Assembly (NCBI GenBank): GCA_963697335.1
Contig: CAVONQ010000011.1
Location: forward strand, 58,855 to 122,854
From: an uncultured cyanobacterium
GTDB lineage: Bacteria > Cyanobacteriota > Cyanobacteriia > PCC-6307 > Cyanobiaceae
DNA length: 64,000 bases
Direction: 5' to 3'
The notes below the pieces were generated by a model. It searched no databases. It was not told where the DNA came from and saw only the letters and a list, made by a program, of their open reading frames with translations. Shown in pieces: positions 59,258 through 64,000 of the stretch. The translations under genes and the position numbers were made by a program. Positions within the stretch are counted from its first letter, which is position 1. Each line of letters opens with the position of its first letter.

Positions 59258-60307
59258 ATGCCCCCGTTGCCGATCCCACCTGAGCTTCCCCCCGCCTGGA
59301 TCCGGGCGGCCTGGCTGGCAGATGGCGAAGCCATCAAGCGGCTGATCGCTGCTGAGGCCGAGTGTGCGGCGGACCAGGCCCTTCGACTGGCCCATCTCTG
59401 CCTTCTCGCCGGCACCCCGGAGCGTGGCGACGACCTGCTGCTGGCTGCGGATCAGCACAACCCCCAACTCGCCCTGGTGCCGGATCGTTGGGGCCTCTGG
59501 CCGCTCGAACCCGGGGAGGAGGTCTCCCTCAGTGAGGGTGATCGCCAGGCCCAGACCCTGGCGGCCTCCTATCTGCCTTGGCGCCACGCCAGCCTTGAAG
59601 ACGCCCTGGAGACCTGGCTCAACCAGATCTGGAAGCCGTTGCAGCCCGAGCCCTCGGAGCAATGGGGGCAGCTGCTGGAGCCCGGCTCCCTGGCCCTGCT
59701 GGCGCTGGTGTTGGGCCGGCCGGCTGCAGGAGAGCGGTTGCGAGCCCAGCTTGAACCCCTGCTGGTGAACACGGTGGGGGAGGAGGTGGCGGCCAGCGCC
59801 CCCGAGGAGGCGCTGCTGTTCTGGAGCGGTGTGTGCCAGCGCTGCCCCAGCTGGGACTACGCCCGCCTCAAAGCGGCGGATCTGAGCCTGCAGATGGAGT
59901 GCTATGCCCCTTGCGGTGCCTACCTGGAGGCCGCCACGGCCGAGCAGCGCCGCAACCCCTGGCTGCATGACATCGAAGCCCGCCTGGCCATGGCCAACGG
60001 CCGCAAGGCCGAGGCCTTGAGCAGCTGGGATCAGGCGATGCAGTGTGCCAGCGGCGATGCGGATCTCGTGGAATTGCTGCGGCAGCGACGCCAGGGCGCT
60101 GAGTGGGGCGGCGAGCCCGAGCCCGCCCGAGCTGCTCCTGCTGCTGAGGGCAACGACCCGGACCTGGAGCGGTTCACGGCTCGCCTCGAGCAGATTGCCG
60201 CCCGTTTCAATCTGGAGCTGCCTGCACCGCGGGCCCAGGCGGCAGACCCGGAGGCCTTTCAGCAGTTCCTGGATGCTGCCAGTGCCCGGCTGGCGCTAGC
60301 GGCCTGA
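59258..60307 (+). CDS. Hypothetical helical/TPR-like protein
   Basis: CPSWDYARLKAADL, NPWLHDIEARLAMANGRKAEALSSWDQA TPR-like segments. Confidence 0.65.
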   Translation: MPPLPIPPELPPAWIRAAWLADGEAIKRLIAAEAECAADQALRLAHLCLLAGTPERGDDLLLAADQHNPQLALVPDRWGLWPLEPGEEVSLSEGDRQAQTLAASYLPWRHASLEDALETWLNQIWKPLQPEPSEQWGQLLEPGSLALLALVLGRPAAGERLRAQLEPLLVNTVGEEVAASAPEEALLFWSGVCQRCPSWDYARLKAADLSLQMECYAPCGAYLEAATAEQRRNPWLHDIEARLAMANGRKAEALSSWDQAMQCASGDADLVELLRQRRQGAEWGGEPEPARAAPAAEGNDPDLERFTARLEQIAARFNLELPAPRAQAADPEAFQQFLDAASARLALAA

Positions 60308-60311
60308 GGTC

Positions 60312-60542
60312 TCAGCCCAGCTCGCTTCTGGCTTCCAGGCGGGTGAGCAGGGCTTCGATCAGGGTTTCGGCGCTGTGTTGCGCTTCGCGGTGGCGCCGCA
60401 GACTGGCTTCGGCTTCGCTAAGGAGCAGCCTCAGGTGATCAAGCTCTTCCTGCACCTGTTGCAGTTGCAGCTGTGTCAGTTCCGTCTCTTCCCTGGCTTC
60501 CTCAAGCTGAGTTGCCACTGCTAGGTCTGCAGTCCTTGTCAT
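60312..60542 (-). CDS. Small coiled-coil protein
   Basis: EEAREETELTQLQLQQVQEELDH motif shared with the 56920 protein. Confidence 0.65.
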   Translation of the reverse strand: MTRTADLAVATQLEEAREETELTQLQLQQVQEELDHLRLLLSEAEASLRRHREAQHSAETLIEALLTRLEARSELG

Positions 60543-60574
60543 AGGCTCAGGTTTCAGGGGGTGGGAGGAGGGCA

Positions 60575-61423
60575 TTGATCCAGAGTGGACCTGGCTACCA
60601 GCATCGGACATTTGAGAATTTAAGCGACTTTCAGGCCCTGGCCCAGCAGGAGTTCCGTCATTGGCCCGCCGCCGTAACTCGGGGGCTGAAAAAGCTGGCG
60701 GTGGCTGGCCTGCTGGAGCCCTTGAGCGACGAACCGATCCCGCCGGAGCGGATTGAGGTGAGAGACGCCAACTGCCGCGAAACTCTGGCGGTGGATGGGG
60801 TGGTGAGCCGCCATCGGGCGGAATTGCTCGTGATCCGCAAGCTGATCGACGAGGGGGAGCTGCCGCCGTTCACAACAATGCGTCTGTTCCTGACCGAGGC
60901 CGTCACCCCCTTTGCGGACTATCTGCGACAGCGCTGCCCGCAGGTGCGCTGCAGCGAGTACCTGCCTAATCCCCAGCATCCCTTGCGGGGCCATGTGCCC
61001 CACCGGGATCTGCGTTCCCTCGGGCTCGCGCCAGCCTCGATGCATTGCCTCATCTGCAATGAGGTGCTGGAGCACGTGGAAGAGCTGGAGCCGTCCCTCG
61101 AGGCCATGGGTAGCAGCCTGTGCCTTGGCGGATATCTTTTGGCCACGGTGCCGCTCGCCTATGACTCGATAGATTCGATCGTCAAGGCGCGCTGGCGCGG
61201 TGAGGATCAGGAGCCTGAGCTGCTCATGGAACCGGAGTGGCATGGTGATCCGGTGGGTGAAACCGATCGCAGCCTTGTGTATCGCATCCCCGGCTGGGAG
61301 CTCTTGGATCAGCTCAAAGCGGCAGGTTTCCGCCAGGCGAGCATCCATGCGGTGTCGTCAGAGCGGTATGGCGTGCTCGGGGCGGAGCTGCCGATTGTGT
61401 TTGTGGTGGTGGCGAAGAGGTGA
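60575..61423 (+). CDS. Class I SAM-dependent methyltransferase-like protein (copy 1)
   Basis: HRDLRSLGLAPASMHCLICNEVLEHV..L..GGYLLATVP, PEWHGDP, GWELLDQLKAAGF. Confidence 0.78.
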   Translation: MIQSGPGYQHRTFENLSDFQALAQQEFRHWPAAVTRGLKKLAVAGLLEPLSDEPIPPERIEVRDANCRETLAVDGVVSRHRAELLVIRKLIDEGELPPFTTMRLFLTEAVTPFADYLRQRCPQVRCSEYLPNPQHPLRGHVPHRDLRSLGLAPASMHCLICNEVLEHVEELEPSLEAMGSSLCLGGYLLATVPLAYDSIDSIVKARWRGEDQEPELLMEPEWHGDPVGETDRSLVYRIPGWELLDQLKAAGFRQASIHAVSSERYGVLGAELPIVFVVVAKR

Positions 61424-61559
61424 AGGGGGTGGGCCAAGGCCTATCAAAAGTCTGGTCCACTAGGCCTGGCAGATCGCCCCAGAATGTGAATCGTTCCACG
61501 GGAATGGACCTTTCCCGTGCCCGAGATCGCTGCGGGGATCTGGATCGTGACCAGGCTGC

Positions 61560-61838
61560 CGCGGCACGTCAATCAAGTTGTGGTTCCGGCAACAATATCG
61601 ATGCTGGTGGGCCAGTTTTCGTGTCACCGCAGTGCTTCAGGTGAGCTGAGTGGTTGCTGGTCTCGATCGTGACGGTCATGACGTCGGCGTCAATAACGAA
61701 GGCGGGTCACTCCAATCACCAGAAAGCCCAGTAGCGGCTTGCTTCTGCCGGTAGCTCTTGACTTTGATGCCCACGATGTGGCAGTGGTGCTCCAGCCGGT
61801 CTACGGTGGCCACGGTAATCAATCCGATGCGGAAGATC
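61560..61838 (-). mobile_element. IS21-family remnant (istB C-terminus plus probable end)
   Basis: Minus-strand QIF...TVATVDRLEHHCHIVGIKVKSYRQKQAA matches the IstB C-terminal DRLxHH..GxSYR motif. Confidence 0.75.
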
Positions 61839-61866
61839 TGGGCTTCCCCCAATTCTGGGGACAGCG
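61839..61866. mobile_element. Probable IS3-family terminal inverted repeat remnant
   Basis: TGGGCTTCCCCCAATTCTGGGGACAG begins with TG exactly where the istB homology stops. Confidence 0.45.
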
Positions 61867-61921
61867 ATCAAGGGTTCACTTGATTACCCAGCTCGCTCCG
61901 CGGCAGCCACCCAGGCCCCTT

Positions 61922-62176
61922 CCGCAGCATCACCTCCAAAGGAATCGGCGGACGGCCTCCTTTGCTGGAGGGCTTGTAATACACGGGCTCAATAAAGCCA
62001 AGAACGCTTCCCAGGGAACCGTGGCCTACATCTCATCCAAGAAGCGCTGGCGACGCGTCCCCTTTTTGCTGTAGATCTGCTCGTAGTCCGTGAAGCACAG
62101 CTGGAGGAGTTTGGCCATCCGTTCCAGTCTCAGTCTTGGATCTTAATTGATTATAACGGATTTTTCAGATATTCCC
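61922..62176 (-). mobile_element. IS5-family transposase 5' remnant (pseudogene) with terminal repeat
   Basis: MAKLLQLCFTDYEQIYSKKGTRRQRFLDEM*ATVPWEAFLA/IEPVYYKPSSKGGRPPIPLEVMLR from ATG 62118; end GGGAATATCTGAAAAATCC adjacent to TTAG. Confidence 0.85.
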
Positions 62177-62224
62177 TTAGTGAAATCTGACTAGAATCAC
62201 TAAGTGTTTTGGCCCAAGGAAGCA

Positions 62225-63061
62225 CTACGTGCTAACAGCCTGGAACGACGGAATATTTAACCTTTCCAAAATCTGTTTCGAGAGTATATCGCTCATGGGG
62301 GGCTCAACTTTTCTAAAAAAGTCGCCAGGCATTACGTTGCGTACGTGCTGAGAATCTTTTTCGGTTGTAGGGAATAGATCATGATGAGAGACAATATTAA
62401 AAATCGACTGGTGGGATGATTTGTCATCTAGTTTTCCGTCAGAGATAAATGAAGAGATTTTGGACAAGCATTCATATTTTCGGTAGACAAAGAAGTCATA
62501 GTCAAAGGCTAAAAGCCGTTCATTCGAAAGTGTGCTGATGGTGGAAAAGTGATGCCGATAGCGTTTCAGGAGCGTATTTCCGCCACGAATGTCATCCTCC
62601 ACTACCGACTCTATATATTCTTGAAGAGTGAGATCTTGCAGTCTTTCGCGCTCCTTTAAGAGACCTTCTTTCGATGGCCCATCGCGCTTTGGGACGATAT
62701 GAGACTTCTTGTGGGAATAGTACATTGACGTAAGACAGTCCAGGGGATTCCGAGTAAGAGAAACAACCTTGCATGGATGTGAACCACTGCCTAGAAGGTC
62801 TTCAAGCCAATTGGGGATATGGCGATAGCCACCCCAAACAGTGCCCTCGTTTTCGGAGTATAGCTGCTTCAGTTTGTTTCCATTTGGCCATTGCCCCCCT
62901 TGGCCAAAGACAAATCCCGGAATGTCACAGAAGCTATAGCTGAACTCTGTGCACCAGTCTTTGAGCAGCTTGGTCAGCAGCGTGGAACCAGACTTGTGCA
63001 GTGAGAGTAGAACGACGGAGCTTGAGAGCTTGTTTTTGCCGGGCTTGATTGATGGCAGCAC
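62225..63061 (-). CDS. Sulfotransferase domain protein
   Basis: SLHKSGSTLL (5'-PSB), LTRNPLDCLTSMYYS (3'-PB), HVRNVMPGDF; AT-rich. Confidence 0.82.
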   Translation of the reverse strand: MLPSIKPGKNKLSSSVVLLSLHKSGSTLLTKLLKDWCTEFSYSFCDIPGFVFGQGGQWPNGNKLKQLYSENEGTVWGGYRHIPNWLEDLLGSGSHPCKVVSLTRNPLDCLTSMYYSHKKSHIVPKRDGPSKEGLLKERERLQDLTLQEYIESVVEDDIRGGNTLLKRYRHHFSTISTLSNERLLAFDYDFFVYRKYECLSKISSFISDGKLDDKSSHQSIFNIVSHHDLFPTTEKDSQHVRNVMPGDFFRKVEPPMSDILSKQILERLNIPSFQAVST

Positions 63062-63111
63062 TTAGCCAGTACAGCGTCTATCCAGCAATCTTACCACAAC
63101 TTGAGATCTGG

Positions 63112-64000
63112 TTGTCAATCGATTGGAGTTTCATCTTTCCTCTACTTGACTGCTTCCGCGCTGCTTCCGGTGCTGGCACTTCTGCTTCCTTTACGAACAT
63201 CAGCGGCTTTAAGACCCTGGCCAAGCAGGAGTTCCGCCACTGGCCCGCTGCGGTGACGCGAGGGCTGAAAAAACTTGCGGTGGCTGGCCTGCTGGAGCCC
63301 TTGAGCGATGAACCGATCCCTCCGGAGCGGATCGTGGTGAGCGATGCCAACTGCCGCGAAACCCTGGCGGTGGATGGGGTGGTGAGCCGCCAACGGGCGG
63401 AATTGCTCGTGATCCGCAGACTGATCGACGAGGGGGAGCTGCCGCCATTCTCACACATGCGGCTGTTCCTGAGCGAGGCCGTCACCCCCTTTGCGGACTA
63501 CCTCAGGCAGCGCTGCCCCCAGTTGCGCTGCAGCGAGTATCTGCCTGATCCTCAGCACCGCTTGCGGGGCCAGGTGCCTCACCGGGACCTGCGCTCACTC
63601 GGGCTGCCGCCGGCCTCAATGCATTGCCTGCTCTGCAATGAGGTGCTGGAGCACGTGGAAGAGCTGCAGCCTGCCTTGGAGGCCATGGCCACCACTCTGA
63701 GCCTCGGCGGCTATCTCCTGGCCACGGTGCCACTGGCCTATGGGTCCCAGGACTCGATCATCAAGGCCCGCTGGCGTGGCGAGGATCAGGAGCCTGAGCT
63801 GCTCATGGAACCGGAATGGCATGGCGATCCGGTGGGTGAAACCGATCGCAGCCTGGTGTATCGCATCCCGGGCTGGGAGCTCCTGGATCAGCTCAAAGCG
63901 GCGGGGTTCCGCCAGGCGAGCATCCATGCGGTGTCGTCGGAGCGGTATGGCGTGCTGGGGGCGGAGCTGCCGATTGTGTTTGTGGTGGTGGCGAAGAGGT
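63112..64000 (+). CDS. Class I SAM-dependent methyltransferase-like protein (copy 2), stop just beyond the window
   Basis: Open frame FKTLAKQEFRHW...IVFVVVAKR, colinear with 60629-61423 at offset 2579; start uncertain (TTG 63112). Confidence 0.78.
   Translation, partial: MSIDWSFIFPLLDCFRAASGAGTSASFTNISGFKTLAKQEFRHWPAAVTRGLKKLAVAGLLEPLSDEPIPPERIVVSDANCRETLAVDGVVSRQRAELLVIRRLIDEGELPPFSHMRLFLSEAVTPFADYLRQRCPQLRCSEYLPDPQHRLRGQVPHRDLRSLGLPPASMHCLLCNEVLEHVEELQPALEAMATTLSLGGYLLATVPLAYGSQDSIIKARWRGEDQEPELLMEPEWHGDPVGETDRSLVYRIPGWELLDQLKAAGFRQASIHAVSSERYGVLGAELPIVFVVVAKR

Larger units (their letters stand above)
60629..64000 (+). repeat. ~790-bp diverged direct repeat (60629-61421 and 63208-64000)
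   Basis: Ungapped colinear match; the last ~220 bp are nearly identical. Confidence 0.9.

Noticed and set aside
63150..63190. Short CTGCTTCC repeats
   Set aside because: Too short and irregular; not CRISPR-like.
1..64000. tRNA, rRNA or CRISPR arrays
   Set aside because: None recognised by eye; intergenic gaps show no cloverleaf or repeat-spacer pattern.

Overview
High-GC picocyanobacterial (Cyanobium/Synechococcus-like) chromosome segment. Positions 1-21.8 kb and 31.9-38.8 kb are core genome: nnr, mnmA, cobQ, maf, psbDC, ycf4, ilvN, trm1, petM, ycf39-like, infA, NTRC-type trxB, pntAB, dxr, DUF368, NSS transporter and cysS. Two accessory cell-surface islands interrupt this backbone. Island 1 (about 21.8-31.8 kb) carries GT2-, GT32- and GT47-type glycosyltransferases, an NKWYS/sulfotransferase-like protein, a TPR protein and an LSMT-like SET-domain protein. 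These surround an acidic protein made of five ~120-aa repeats fused to an intact-looking Hint (BIL-B type) autoprocessing domain. Island 2 (38.8 kb to the window end) carries a translationally coupled type I secretion operon (PPIase-HlyB-HlyD-small membrane protein), an RTX-like secreted protein, several glycosyltransferases, a WcbI fusion and coiled-coil proteins that share one motif. It ends with a duplicated methyltransferase flanking nested IS remnants and a low-GC sulfotransferase. Three genes show single-base frameshifts, including essential cysS, so assembly errors are likely. All calls come from motif recognition by eye; no database searches were run.
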